This document shows, piece by piece, positions 39,650-49,428 of a DNA stretch of 64,000 bases. The notes under the pieces were generated by a model that saw only the letters and a list, made by a program, of their open reading frames with translations, did no database searches and had not been told where the DNA came from. Origin of the DNA: a bacterium (GTDB taxonomy: Bacteria > Electryoneota > Electryoneia > Electryoneales > Electryoneaceae); contig OY769902.1 of NCBI GenBank assembly GCA_963669175.1, positions 3,840,001-3,904,000 on the forward strand, written 5' to 3'. Position numbers and translations under genes: made by a program. Each line of letters starts with the position of its first letter. The first letter of the stretch is position 1.

Positions 39650-40330
39650 ATGATTAACCCGTATTCAAACGAGGCAGCCCTGATCATTCTCAACGGTTCC
39701 GATCCGTTTGAGACATTCGATATGGACCAGATTTCTTCCTATTCTTTCAGGCTTGCCGTTGATGGCGCGCTTGATCGCCTGCTAGCACACGGCATTCATC
39801 CTGAAGCCGTAACAGGTGATTTTGACAGCGTTTCCCAATCCGCCTTAGAAGAATACCGCGTCTCTGGTGGTCGGGTGTTGCATGACGCCGACCAGAACTC
39901 GACGGATTATGAAAAAGCATTAAAATTCTGTGTGAACAATGAGATACATAATGTTGATATTATCGGTTATCACGGTAGTCGCCTGGACCAGATGCTCGCT
40001 GTTTTCGGTGTGGCCTTGAAATATGAGAACCGAATTCACCAGCAGTTTTTCGATCCAGTCGCCATGACCCGCGTTCTGCTCGGTGAGGACAGGGGCGGAA
40101 GGCGACTCGAGCTGACCAACCTCGAACACCATGTTTGCAGTATCATTCCTCTGATGCCATGCAAGCGTGTTTCACTGGAAGGCTTCAAGTGGCCCCTGTA
40201 TAAGACAGATATGGCCATGGATGGCATGGTGTCATCCTCTAACGAGGTCGTATATCCCTTCGCTGGAATTCAGGTTGACATGGGCGCGTTGCTTGTAATC
40301 CTGCATCATAAGCCGGGACAGGCGCCGTGA
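39650..40330 (+). CDS. thiN: Thiamine pyrophosphokinase
   Basis: AVDGA, GDFDS, DQNSTDYEKAL, GSRLD, GFKWPL, SSSNE. Confidence 0.88.
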   Translation: MINPYSNEAALIILNGSDPFETFDMDQISSYSFRLAVDGALDRLLAHGIHPEAVTGDFDSVSQSALEEYRVSGGRVLHDADQNSTDYEKALKFCVNNEIHNVDIIGYHGSRLDQMLAVFGVALKYENRIHQQFFDPVAMTRVLLGEDRGGRRLELTNLEHHVCSIIPLMPCKRVSLEGFKWPLYKTDMAMDGMVSSSNEVVYPFAGIQVDMGALLVILHHKPGQAP

Positions 40331-41745
40331 CCGCTTCTTCTGATATCCCCAGGCTTTCCTTGATTGATGGTTCCCTGGTCGTACTCTACCTGGTCATCCT
40401 GTGGGCCGTTGCTTTCTGGGCTTCACGTCGCAAGAATACCGGTGAAGATTATCTCCTGGCGGGAAGAAGCCTGACCCTGCCGGCCTTCGTTGCAACCCTG
40501 GTTTCCACCTGGTACGGTGGTATCCTGGGAGTAGGTGAGTTCGGCTGGCGATACGGCATCAGTACCTGGCTGGTGTTCGGACTCCCCTATTACCTTCATG
40601 CCATTCTGTTTGCGATTTTCATTGCACCACGTGCGCGTCGTGGCTTGTACGTCAACCTTCCGGATCAACTGGAACGCGCGTATGGACGAAAGCCTGCTAT
40701 CGCCGGCGCCGTAATCTTGCTCATCATGATTATCCCGGCGGCTTACCTGTTAATGTTGGCCACTCTTCTTCGCATGCTGCTTCCTGTCCCCCATCTTGTC
40801 GCATTGATCATGGCAGCATTTTTTTCCACCGCCTATCTGTGGTCCGGCGGTTTCAACGCCGTAGTGCGAACGGACAAGCTGCAGTTTTCCCTGATGTTTG
40901 TGGGGTTCATCGTATTGGCATGGTTTTGCATTCGTGAAATGCCTCTACCGGCTCTCTGGTCAACATTATCACGTGAAGCGCCGGATCATCTTTCCTGGCA
41001 TGGCGGCAACACTACCACTTATATCCTCCTCTGGTACGTGGTTGCCGCTCAAACCTATATCGAACCTACTTTCCACCAGCGTTGTTATGCGGCCAGGAGC
41101 GAAAAAGTCGCACGTAATGGCGTCCTGATCAGTGTAGCCGCGTGGCTTGTTTTTGATATGCTTACCACACTCACAGCGATTTATTCCCGCGCCCTGGCGC
41201 CTGAGCTGGCAAATCCGGTGGCTGCTTTTCCTGCACTGGCAGTGAAGGTTCTCCCTGTTGGCCTGCTGGGTATATTCATTACAGCCCTGTTTGCGACTGT
41301 GATGTCTACGTTGGACAGCTACACTTTCCTCGCTGCAGTTACGCTGGGGCGTGATGTGGTGGGACGACTGAAAAACAGGATGAGCGAACCAGTCACCGAC
41401 AGGTGGGTGCGCATCTCTCTGATCGTTGTGGCCCTGGCTTCTATTTCGCTGGCAGCCTGGAAGGATTCGGCAGTCGATCTTTTTGTAGCGCTGGGCTCAA
41501 TTGGAGTGCCCGCCTTACTCATCCCGGTGTTAAGCAGCTTCTGGAAAACCTCCGCCATGTCACCCAAAGGCGCACTGATCGCAATACTCGCTGCTGCCGG
41601 AATATCGCTGTTCTGGACAATAGTACCCTTGGTTTTTGCAAATCTCGCGCTTTTTTCTGAAGTCGAGCCGCTATATCCCGGTCTTTTTGCTTCCTTTTTG
41701 TGTTATTTTCTTGATCGAATCTGGTCACGAAAACATAGAGGTTGA
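40327..41745 (+). CDS. Sodium:solute symporter family protein
   Basis: DYLLAGRSL, STWYGG, GG..AVVRTD.LQ, QRCYAARS, ATVMSTLDS; start overlaps thiN stop. Confidence 0.9.
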   Translation: MTASSDIPRLSLIDGSLVVLYLVILWAVAFWASRRKNTGEDYLLAGRSLTLPAFVATLVSTWYGGILGVGEFGWRYGISTWLVFGLPYYLHAILFAIFIAPRARRGLYVNLPDQLERAYGRKPAIAGAVILLIMIIPAAYLLMLATLLRMLLPVPHLVALIMAAFFSTAYLWSGGFNAVVRTDKLQFSLMFVGFIVLAWFCIREMPLPALWSTLSREAPDHLSWHGGNTTTYILLWYVVAAQTYIEPTFHQRCYAARSEKVARNGVLISVAAWLVFDMLTTLTAIYSRALAPELANPVAAFPALAVKVLPVGLLGIFITALFATVMSTLDSYTFLAAVTLGRDVVGRLKNRMSEPVTDRWVRISLIVVALASISLAAWKDSAVDLFVALGSIGVPALLIPVLSSFWKTSAMSPKGALIAILAAAGISLFWTIVPLVFANLALFSEVEPLYPGLFASFLCYFLDRIWSRKHRG

Positions 41746-41833
41746 TTTTCTCGGAATGCTTGCTTTTTGATGAGAATAATCTGATACTATTACTTTGGTA
41801 TTTTTGTCAGCATCAGGAACCGATGCAGGGGCC

Positions 41834-42934
41834 ATGAGAACACCCATTATCTACATAGCATTTGCTGGGGTTTTCATTTTTCTTTACCTGGCAGCGCCGC
41901 TTCACTCCCAGGAAGCTACCGAGTGGCCTGTGGATGTTTACGCGCAGCTACAGGAAGGGATTTCTCCGAAAGTAACCATTGCCCTTGGGGACGAACGGCG
42001 TGGTCGCATCCGCATCAGTGAGGATTCCTGGTGGATGTTCCTCCTTCATCTTCGCCCTCTCGATGAAGGCGCCCCGTTAAGTTTGCGCACAACCAAAGAC
42101 CTCTTGATCAATTTCTGGAATACAGGCAGTAAGAACGTGCAGTTGACAGATGAAGCCGGTTCTTATGACACTATGGGTAAGAAGGTTTATTATGCGGAAG
42201 CGCTGTTTACACAAGGCACCATTCGAACTCGTTTCCTGGTATGGGATGATCCTGAGCGAAATCGCCGTTATATCGCCGACATGAATATCAACATAGGAAA
42301 AGACACGCCGGATTCACTGCTGTTGGTTACACAACAACTTATCGCCTTATCCGCTCGAGCATACAATACTCCGCCACCGGGCAACCTGCCGGAATGGCTA
42401 TCCAAAGAGGAATCCTTTGAGGATATAAACCTGTCCATCAACATTCCTGAAGACTGCTCTGCTTCTACCTTCCCTGGCTTCAATAGTCTTCGTGGTGAAC
42501 GCCCTGCATCGGAATGGGCCTCCATGTGGGTATTACCCAAGGGCTCAAACTGGCGCATGGACCTGACCTGGGGGCCTCAAGCGGCCGAGTCCCCGGAAGA
42601 ATGGATTAAGGAACAACTGCCGGACTCCCTGGGAAGTGAAGCTATTGTTGAGGTCAAACAGGTCAAGCTTGAAGAGATTGCCCCCGGCCAATGGATAGGA
42701 AACGCTGTAACCACAACCACATTCAACAGGCGTGAAACCGTCGAGTCCTGGCGTCTTGTCGCTGCCGAATGGAAATCCCAGGGCAATACCTACCGCTCGC
42801 TGGTAGCTTGCAATGTTTTCAATGACAAGTGGGGAATCAAGATTGACGGCATGATTGATGATTCACTGCTTCACTCCCGCGCTGCGCGCTGGTTTGCACG
42901 AATTCAAAGCGCTCCTGCATGGCAGGCCAGGTAA
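41834..42934 (+). CDS. Hypothetical exported protein
   Basis: ~366-aa ORF with N-terminal hydrophobic segment. Confidence 0.65.
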   Translation: MRTPIIYIAFAGVFIFLYLAAPLHSQEATEWPVDVYAQLQEGISPKVTIALGDERRGRIRISEDSWWMFLLHLRPLDEGAPLSLRTTKDLLINFWNTGSKNVQLTDEAGSYDTMGKKVYYAEALFTQGTIRTRFLVWDDPERNRRYIADMNINIGKDTPDSLLLVTQQLIALSARAYNTPPPGNLPEWLSKEESFEDINLSINIPEDCSASTFPGFNSLRGERPASEWASMWVLPKGSNWRMDLTWGPQAAESPEEWIKEQLPDSLGSEAIVEVKQVKLEEIAPGQWIGNAVTTTTFNRRETVESWRLVAAEWKSQGNTYRSLVACNVFNDKWGIKIDGMIDDSLLHSRAARWFARIQSAPAWQAR

Positions 42935-43041
42935 CCTCCCCCCATAGAGCAATTGACTTCACCTGAAAACCGTACTACCATTTGGTTTCTCATAAAAGGG
43001 TAATCCTTTTCTAACAGAACTCTGGCAAATCCGGAAAATCC

Positions 43042-43923
43042 ATGTCATTGTGGCAAAAATACAGGCAAACCTTGAAACCCGTTGTTGTAGAAGAATGGGT
43101 GGATCTGCTGCTATACCGTCCACTCGGGTTCGCAGTTGCCTATCCCCTTTCCTTTACGCCTGTTACGCCTAACCAGGTAACCTTATTATCCACTCTCGCA
43201 GGCGTGGCCGGTGGGGTATGCATCTGGCTGGGAAAGCACGACATGATGGTTTGGGGTGCATTGCTTTACCTTTTCTCCAATGTGTTGGATTGCACCGATG
43301 GTCAACTTGCACGGTTAACCCGGAAGTTCTCCCCGTTCGGACGCATTTTCGATGGAGTTGCGGACTACATCGTTGGGCTGGCATTCTTTTCAGCTATCGG
43401 CTTTGCATTACAACCTGCTTCCTATTCGAACTGGCTCTGGTGGTCGCTTGTCCTTGCCGGGGTGGCATTGACTGCGTTCCAGGGAATGTTCCTGAATCAT
43501 GTCCGGGAAGCCTACTTGAACGCGACACGTTTTTCCGCTCGCAGCAAAGAAAAAGATATTGAAACAGAACAGCAGCAATCCTCCAGGAAACGTAAATTCT
43601 TCCTGGCGCCGTTTGTATGGCTTTATTCTTTATATCTATCCATCGAGAATGGCGCACGAAAAAGTGTGAGGATGCCGAAGCATATTTCACCTGCTTCCCC
43701 ACGCGCCCTTGCATTAAAAATCGCTTTGGTTTTGTGGACATTCACCGGCAAGGGAACTCACGTAACATTGCTGGGTATATTCCTATTGATGGGTAAGCCC
43801 GAATACTATTTCTGGTTTATCCTGATTCCGATGAACCTTTGGCTGTTTGTCGCCTGGACAGGCCATCAGCTTGCACTCAAGTCACTGGCCAACAACAAGT
43901 TGCTTTCAAAGAAGAAGGGCTGA
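43042..43923 (+). CDS. CDP-alcohol phosphatidyltransferase family protein
   Basis: TPNQVT and D..DG.LAR......G...DG..D signature. Confidence 0.92.
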   Translation: MSLWQKYRQTLKPVVVEEWVDLLLYRPLGFAVAYPLSFTPVTPNQVTLLSTLAGVAGGVCIWLGKHDMMVWGALLYLFSNVLDCTDGQLARLTRKFSPFGRIFDGVADYIVGLAFFSAIGFALQPASYSNWLWWSLVLAGVALTAFQGMFLNHVREAYLNATRFSARSKEKDIETEQQQSSRKRKFFLAPFVWLYSLYLSIENGARKSVRMPKHISPASPRALALKIALVLWTFTGKGTHVTLLGIFLLMGKPEYYFWFILIPMNLWLFVAWTGHQLALKSLANNKLLSKKKG

Positions 43924-43926
43924 ACC

Positions 43927-44667
43927 ATGACAGGGTTGATTCTTGTTGCCGGAAACTCTCGTCGAATGGGTGAACTGACCGCCTATCGTCATAAAACCAT
44001 GCTGAAGGTTAAAAGCCAGCCCATCCTTCATCACATGCTGACAGCTCTGGTCCATGAAGGGATCAACAAGGTCTGTTTTGTCTGTGGCTACCGGCAGGAA
44101 GAACTGAAACAGTATGTTGCCGATAACTTCAGCGATCTGGAAGTGATATGGATCGAAAACCCTGTTTACGCTGAAACAAACACAGCCTACTCGGTCTGGC
44201 TTACTCGGGACACGCTGGAAAATGCGGGTGATGACGTCCTGCTGATCAACGGTGATGTGGTCCTTGATCATCATGCCATACACACAACCCTGGTCGCAGA
44301 TGGCGATACTGTGCTTGCGGTACGACGCGACCGTGTAGCGGAAGAAGAAGTGAAGGTCCGTCTCGATGATCAGGAACGCATTATTGAGATCGGAAAGCAT
44401 CTGGTTCCTGCTGAATCGGCCGGAGAATCTGTAGGCATTAACCGCTTGAGTACTTCTCTATTACCGAAACTATACGATACTTTCGAAGACCGGATTCAGA
44501 ACGGCAACGGTAAGCGAGAGTTCTACGAAGCTTCATTTGATGCTTTAATTCAAAAGGGTGAAGTATTTACTATAGCAGATGTTACTAACGACCCCGTAAT
44601 GGAAGTAGATACGCCAGAGGATTATGAGGAGGTCTGTAAATCAATCGCGCCACGATTACAAGCCTGA
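43927..44667 (+). CDS. LicC-like phosphocholine cytidylyltransferase / NTP transferase
   Basis: ILVAG..RRM, GYRQE, NPVYAETNT.YS, INGDV, EEEVKV, GESVGI, EVDTPED. Confidence 0.82.
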   Translation: MTGLILVAGNSRRMGELTAYRHKTMLKVKSQPILHHMLTALVHEGINKVCFVCGYRQEELKQYVADNFSDLEVIWIENPVYAETNTAYSVWLTRDTLENAGDDVLLINGDVVLDHHAIHTTLVADGDTVLAVRRDRVAEEEVKVRLDDQERIIEIGKHLVPAESAGESVGINRLSTSLLPKLYDTFEDRIQNGNGKREFYEASFDALIQKGEVFTIADVTNDPVMEVDTPEDYEEVCKSIAPRLQA

Positions 44668-44677
44668 TGCGTGAAGT

Positions 44678-45580
44678 ATGATACTTGCAGGTGAATTTGC
44701 TGCCCTGGGAACAGCTCTCTGCTGGTCCATCGGGCCGGTACTGTTTACGCTCGCCGGGAAACAGATCGGCGCCATGAATGTCAACAGGTTCCGCCTGCTC
44801 CTGGCATTTGTATTCTTCTATCTAACCTACCTGCTGGTATTCCGCAAGCCATTCCCCACGGATCTACCGACACCGGGAATAATGTTTCTTCTTGCAAGCG
44901 GTATTTCAGGCATGGCGATCGGCGATTCCATGATGTACCAGGCGTTCCTTCATTTCGGGCCACGCCGTACCATGCTGATCACCGCGATTGTTCCCCTGAT
45001 CAGCACCCTGGCAGCATGGGGATTTCTGTTTGAGATCCCGTCAATATTGCAGGTATTGGGAATTCTGCTTTCAATCTCCGGTGTGGCATGGGTAGTTATG
45101 GCCCGTAGCGAGCAGGCTTCTGTCGGCAAATCCAACTTGACACGTGGAACACTCCTTGCTTTCGGCGCTGCACTGGGACAGGCAGGCGGCTTGATCCTGG
45201 CCAAACATGCCATGGTGACGTATGATATCAGTCCGCTTCCAACGAACCTGATCAGAAATATTGGAGCGCTCACCGTCTTATGGGGGATCACCGTATTCAG
45301 CGGGAAAGCCGGCGCTACTTTCCGGACGATCAAGAATACCAAGGTCATTCTGATCATGATTGTTGCCAGCCTGATCGGTCCCTTTGCCGGGATAGGCTTG
45401 TCGATGGTGGCAATTAATCTTGCACCGGTCGGGGTTGCATCGGCGATCATGGCTACGAATCCGATTATCATTATTCCGTTTTCTCATTTCATCCTGGGTG
45501 ACCGTGCCGGATGGCGTGGCGCAGGCGGCGCGGTACTGGCTGTTGCTGGCGTGGTTCTGTTGATGCTGGTAAGCTCGTAA
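44678..45580 (+). CDS. DMT/EamA-family transporter
   Basis: About 10 TM helices in two repeats; GEFAALGTA.CW, SG..G.AIGD. Confidence 0.85.
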   Translation: MILAGEFAALGTALCWSIGPVLFTLAGKQIGAMNVNRFRLLLAFVFFYLTYLLVFRKPFPTDLPTPGIMFLLASGISGMAIGDSMMYQAFLHFGPRRTMLITAIVPLISTLAAWGFLFEIPSILQVLGILLSISGVAWVVMARSEQASVGKSNLTRGTLLAFGAALGQAGGLILAKHAMVTYDISPLPTNLIRNIGALTVLWGITVFSGKAGATFRTIKNTKVILIMIVASLIGPFAGIGLSMVAINLAPVGVASAIMATNPIIIIPFSHFILGDRAGWRGAGGAVLAVAGVVLLMLVSS

Positions 45581-45810
45581 CTGATATCATCAGATATCAC
45601 TCTGGAGACGGAGCAGGCCCTTCAATCGCGCTCCCATCGCCACTTTTAGCGTTTTTGACGCTTTGGCTTATACCACTTCTCACACATATCGTTATTTAAC
45701 AATAAATTAACATTTTTTTCAATTGTATATTTTTGGGAATAAAAAGACGGAAAACGTGTTATCATCACGTCTCTCATGCAACAAACAGCACTCAAAGAAA
45801 TGCGCGTTTT

Positions 45811-45840
45811 TTGTTTGAGACCTTGATTCACAAGTATAAT
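45811..45840 (+). promoter_or_regulatory. Putative promoter of hup
   Basis: TTGTTT-18 nt-TATAAT. Confidence 0.45.
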
Positions 45841-45966
45841 GCGCTATATTTCCGCTAGTAAGAAGCACTGGGGTCGGGGGCAATATTGAATCGGAACGCG
45901 CTTCTTGCATTGATTAGGAAGCAGCATACCCAAGGATATGTGATTCCGTAAAACAAGGAGGACGGG

Positions 45967-46239
45967 ATGAACAAGGCCGAATTGGTGGACGCCATCGCCA
46001 AAGAGACGGGCGAAACCAAGCGTAGTGCAGAGAAGTTCCTCAATGCTTTTGTCGACACAGTGATGGGCGCAGTCGCCAAGGGTGAAAAGGTCAGCGTTGT
46101 TGGCTTCGGGAACTTTGAACGGAAAAAGCGTGAAGCCCGCAAGGGCCGCAATCCTCGCACCGGCGAAACAATCAAGATTCCGGCAAAGAAGTATCCGGCA
46201 TTCTCACCCGGCAAGGGCTTCAAGGATCAGGTCGCTTGA
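45967..46239 (+). CDS. hup: DNA-binding protein HU
   Basis: MNKAELVDAIA, GFGNF, ARKGRNPRTGETI.IPA..PAF.PGK. Confidence 0.96.
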   Translation: MNKAELVDAIAKETGETKRSAEKFLNAFVDTVMGAVAKGEKVSVVGFGNFERKKREARKGRNPRTGETIKIPAKKYPAFSPGKGFKDQVA

Positions 46240-46270
46240 GAACTTGACCAGTAAGTTTTCGTTTTTAATT

Positions 46271-46302
46271 GCGCAGTCCCGGATTGGGGGGCTGCGTTTT
46301 TC
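46271..46302 (+). terminator. Terminator after hup
   Basis: GCGCAGTCCC/GGGGCTGCG stem with T-run. Confidence 0.65.
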
Positions 46303-46409
46303 TTTACCTGGAACTCCTCTACTCCCCGGAAAAGTAGTGGCAGAGCGAACCACGCTTGCGTTGGGGCCGCCGTTCCTCTATTTTCGGAGCAGATAACCAG
46401 GGGGTTTGC

Positions 46410-46763
46410 ATGGATTACGATAAGGATAACATCTTCGCCAAAATTCTCCGGAAGGAAATTCCGGCGAACATCGTCTTTGAGAATGATTTTGTGATGGCGT
46501 TTGAGGATGTGCGGCCCCAGGCGCCGGTTCATGTCCTGATCATTCCAAAGGCAGAAGTTCCGTCGGTAAACGAGCTGGAAGATGAGCACAAGATCTATAT
46601 TGGCGAGATGGTGCTGGCAGCGAAAGCTGTAGCAAAGAAGCTGGGAATTGCTGAAAACGGTTACCGGCTTGTTTTTAACACCTATGATGATGGCGGTCAG
46701 GAGATTTACCATATTCATCTGCACCTGCTGGGTGGTCGAAGGATGAAATGGCCTCCCGGGTGA
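46410..46763 (+). CDS. hinT: Histidine triad nucleotide-binding protein (HinT type)
   Basis: IFAKILRKEIPA, PQAPVHVLIIPK, HIHLHLLGGR. Confidence 0.93.
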   Translation: MDYDKDNIFAKILRKEIPANIVFENDFVMAFEDVRPQAPVHVLIIPKAEVPSVNELEDEHKIYIGEMVLAAKAVAKKLGIAENGYRLVFNTYDDGGQEIYHIHLHLLGGRRMKWPPG

Positions 46764-46876
46764 GAGACCGTGCAGTTCTCAAGAGGTAATTGCATATTAC
46801 AGAATCATGGACATATATTCCATGATTCTGTTTTTTTAGGACAATCTTAACTGGCACGCGAAGGAGGTGAGTGCGA

Positions 46877-47083
46877 GTGCCGTACATCAAAGTACGTGAA
46901 AACGAACCGTTTGATAAAGCGTTCCGTCGCTTCACCAAGGCTTGCGAAAAGGCAGGTCTGATGGCAGAAGTACGTAAGCATCAGCGGTACGAGAAGCCGT
47001 CAGAAGCCCGTAAGCGTAAGTCAAATATCGCCCGGCGCAAGATGCGGAAGCTCCAGGCAGCGTTGGATCGCAAGGGTCGTTAA
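46877..47083 (+). CDS. rpsU: 30S ribosomal protein S21
   Basis: [21 protein letters not shown]; SD AAGGAGGTGA before GTG 46877. Confidence 0.96.
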   Translation: MPYIKVRENEPFDKAFRRFTKACEKAGLMAEVRKHQRYEKPSEARKRKSNIARRKMRKLQAALDRKGR

Positions 47084-47128
47084 TCAGCGCTTTTGCCGAG
47101 TAACACTGAAGCAAGTTCGAGACGCACG

Positions 47129-47569
47129 ATGGAAGCAAAACTGACAGAAGCCATAAAGCATGCCATGAAATCGGGCGACAAGCCACGATTGATGGCGTTG
47201 CGTGCGGTCAAGTCGGCGCTGACCAATGAGCGCACTCGTCATGGTGGACCGTTAAGTGACGATGATGCCGTCAAAGTTGTCGCCTCACATCGCAAGAAGA
47301 TGATGGGCGCACGAGAGCAGTATGTATCCGCGAATCGCCAGGACATGGCGGATCAAGCGGATGTGGAAATCGCAGTCTGCGATGAACTGCTGCCGGCACA
47401 GCTTTCTCCTGAAGATGTAACCCGTAAGGTTGACGAAGCCATTGAAAAGGCTGGCGCGACCAAACCGGCAGACATGGGCAAGGTTATGGGACCGCTCATG
47501 AAGGAGCTGGCTGGACAGGTTGACGGCAACGAAGTGAAACGTCTGGTCATGCAGCGTCTTGGAGGCTAA
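47129..47569 (+). CDS. yqeY: GatB/YqeY domain protein
   Basis: AMKSGDK..L..LR.VK, LPAQLS, DMGKVMG; follows rpsU. Confidence 0.92.
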   Translation: MEAKLTEAIKHAMKSGDKPRLMALRAVKSALTNERTRHGGPLSDDDAVKVVASHRKKMMGAREQYVSANRQDMADQADVEIAVCDELLPAQLSPEDVTRKVDEAIEKAGATKPADMGKVMGPLMKELAGQVDGNEVKRLVMQRLGG

Positions 47570-48451
47570 ATGACAGTCCTTGACTGGACATTGCTGGCCA
47601 TTATCGGTTTTTTTCTTATCCGCGGATTATTTCGCGGATTTTTACTCGAACTGTTCGAAATCATTGTACTGGTTGCCGGCTATATGGCAGCCAGTTTTTT
47701 TGGTCCGCAATTGGGAGCATTTGCTTCCAACCTGACCGGGATGAACCGCTTCCTGTCCGGCGCCCTTTCTTTTGTCATCATTTTCGTGCTTACAGCGGTT
47801 GCCCTGGGCTATTTGGCTATCCTGCTCCGCAAGGCGGTGCGTGCAGCTCAACTTGGCTGGCTGGATCGTAGTGGTGGCGGTTTACTGGCCACGATGAAAG
47901 CGCTCATAGCCATCCTGATTGGCCTCCTGCTGTTCAGTTTCCTCCCGCTCAGCACGAAGACGGAGAACTTCCTGGCAAACGGAGCCGTGTCCGGAAAAGC
48001 ATGGTTTGTCATCAGTATTCTCCATACACGGTTGGGACTATCGCCAGTTTCGCCGGAAACGCTGCCCTCAACGACGCAAATCACTTTGTCGAAGGATTTA
48101 CCCGGAACACTGAACGAAGAGGCTCAGAAGGCGATTCTGACGCTTGTACCGGGCGCATCAACCCAGAGCATGGCCGATGTCATGCGTGCCTGGGGACTGA
48201 ACGACGAAATCGTCCACATTGTCACCGACAACCTGGATCTGATGCGTTCCATCCTGCTGCAGACACCAAAAGACAGTGGCCTGCCGGTCGAAGACATTGC
48301 CAAGGGCGATCCGGCGCTTGATCTTCCTGACAAGTTGGGTATCACAGAACAGCAACAGGAAACGATTGTCGCCATGCTGGAAAATGCCGATCTGAACCCC
48401 GAGGAAAAGGGTAAACAGTTCTGGACGCTTATCACTCCCCCGACCGAGTAA
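47570..48451 (+). CDS. cvpA: CvpA-family membrane protein with C-terminal extension
   Basis: LDW.LL....IRG..RGF..E, LGWLDR.GG. Confidence 0.8.
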   Translation: MTVLDWTLLAIIGFFLIRGLFRGFLLELFEIIVLVAGYMAASFFGPQLGAFASNLTGMNRFLSGALSFVIIFVLTAVALGYLAILLRKAVRAAQLGWLDRSGGGLLATMKALIAILIGLLLFSFLPLSTKTENFLANGAVSGKAWFVISILHTRLGLSPVSPETLPSTTQITLSKDLPGTLNEEAQKAILTLVPGASTQSMADVMRAWGLNDEIVHIVTDNLDLMRSILLQTPKDSGLPVEDIAKGDPALDLPDKLGITEQQQETIVAMLENADLNPEEKGKQFWTLITPPTE

Positions 48452-48457
48452 AGTAGC

Positions 48458-49372
48458 ATGCCTGTCCCGTTGATTCCCATGCAGGAACGCGCTGAAGTGG
48501 CAATGGAACGTCTGCCACATCTCAAACGCCTTATGGCGCGCTGCCGTTTATGCCCCCAACATTGCAACATTCGGAGATATCGTGGCGAACGTGGTGAATG
48601 CGGGATAGACGCCCATCCGTTTGTATCCAGTTCGCATCTCCATCCGGGTGAAGAACCGGTTATCTCGGGGCGGCGTGGATCGGGGACGGTTTTCTTCAGC
48701 GGCTGCAACCTGGCCTGCCTGTTCTGCCAGAATTATCCCATCAGCCAGTTGCAGTCCGGGGAAGCCGAGACGGTTGCTCAGCTTGCAGAGCGTTTTCTCG
48801 AGCTGCAACGTATGGGCGCACATAATATAAACCTGGTCACTCCTACCCCCCAGATTGCAGTGATCGTGGAAGCGTTGATCATCGCCTGGCAAAACGGGCT
48901 TTCTCTTCCCATCGCTTACAACTGCGGCGGGTATGAAAGTGTTGACGTCCTGCGACTGCTTGATGGGCTGATCGACATCTACATGCCCGACATGAAATAC
49001 GGTCAGGATGAGTTGGGAACAGTATCCGGCATAGCCGACTATTCCACCCGTGCCAGGGCAGCACTGAAAGAGATGCATCGCCAGGTGGGTGATCTTGAAG
49101 TTAATGATGACGGTATCGCGGTACGGGGCATGATCGTGCGGCATCTTGTGCTTCCCAACGGTCAGTCAGGAACACCGGACGTGTTGCGGTTTCTGGCGCA
49201 GGAACTGGGAACCTGCCTGTATATCAGCCTGATGTCACAATATTACCCTTCGTACAAAGCTGAAAAATCGCCTCAACTGAATCGGCGCCTGCATGCCAAT
49301 GAATACGAAGAAGTGGAGCAACTGGTTGAGGAATTGGGACTGGTGAATGGATGGGTGCAACCGTTCTGTTGA
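48458..49372 (+). CDS. Radical SAM protein (PflX-like)
   Basis: CRLCP..C, GEEPVISG..GSGTVFF, CNLACLFCQN, YMPDMKY, VRHLVLP. Confidence 0.9.
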   Translation: MPVPLIPMQERAEVAMERLPHLKRLMARCRLCPQHCNIRRYRGERGECGIDAHPFVSSSHLHPGEEPVISGRRGSGTVFFSGCNLACLFCQNYPISQLQSGEAETVAQLAERFLELQRMGAHNINLVTPTPQIAVIVEALIIAWQNGLSLPIAYNCGGYESVDVLRLLDGLIDIYMPDMKYGQDELGTVSGIADYSTRARAALKEMHRQVGDLEVNDDGIAVRGMIVRHLVLPNGQSGTPDVLRFLAQELGTCLYISLMSQYYPSYKAEKSPQLNRRLHANEYEEVEQLVEELGLVNGWVQPFC

Positions 49373-49428
49373 ATTAAGAATTAAGAATTAAAAATTAAAA
49401 ATTAAAAATTAAAAAAATAAGAATATAA

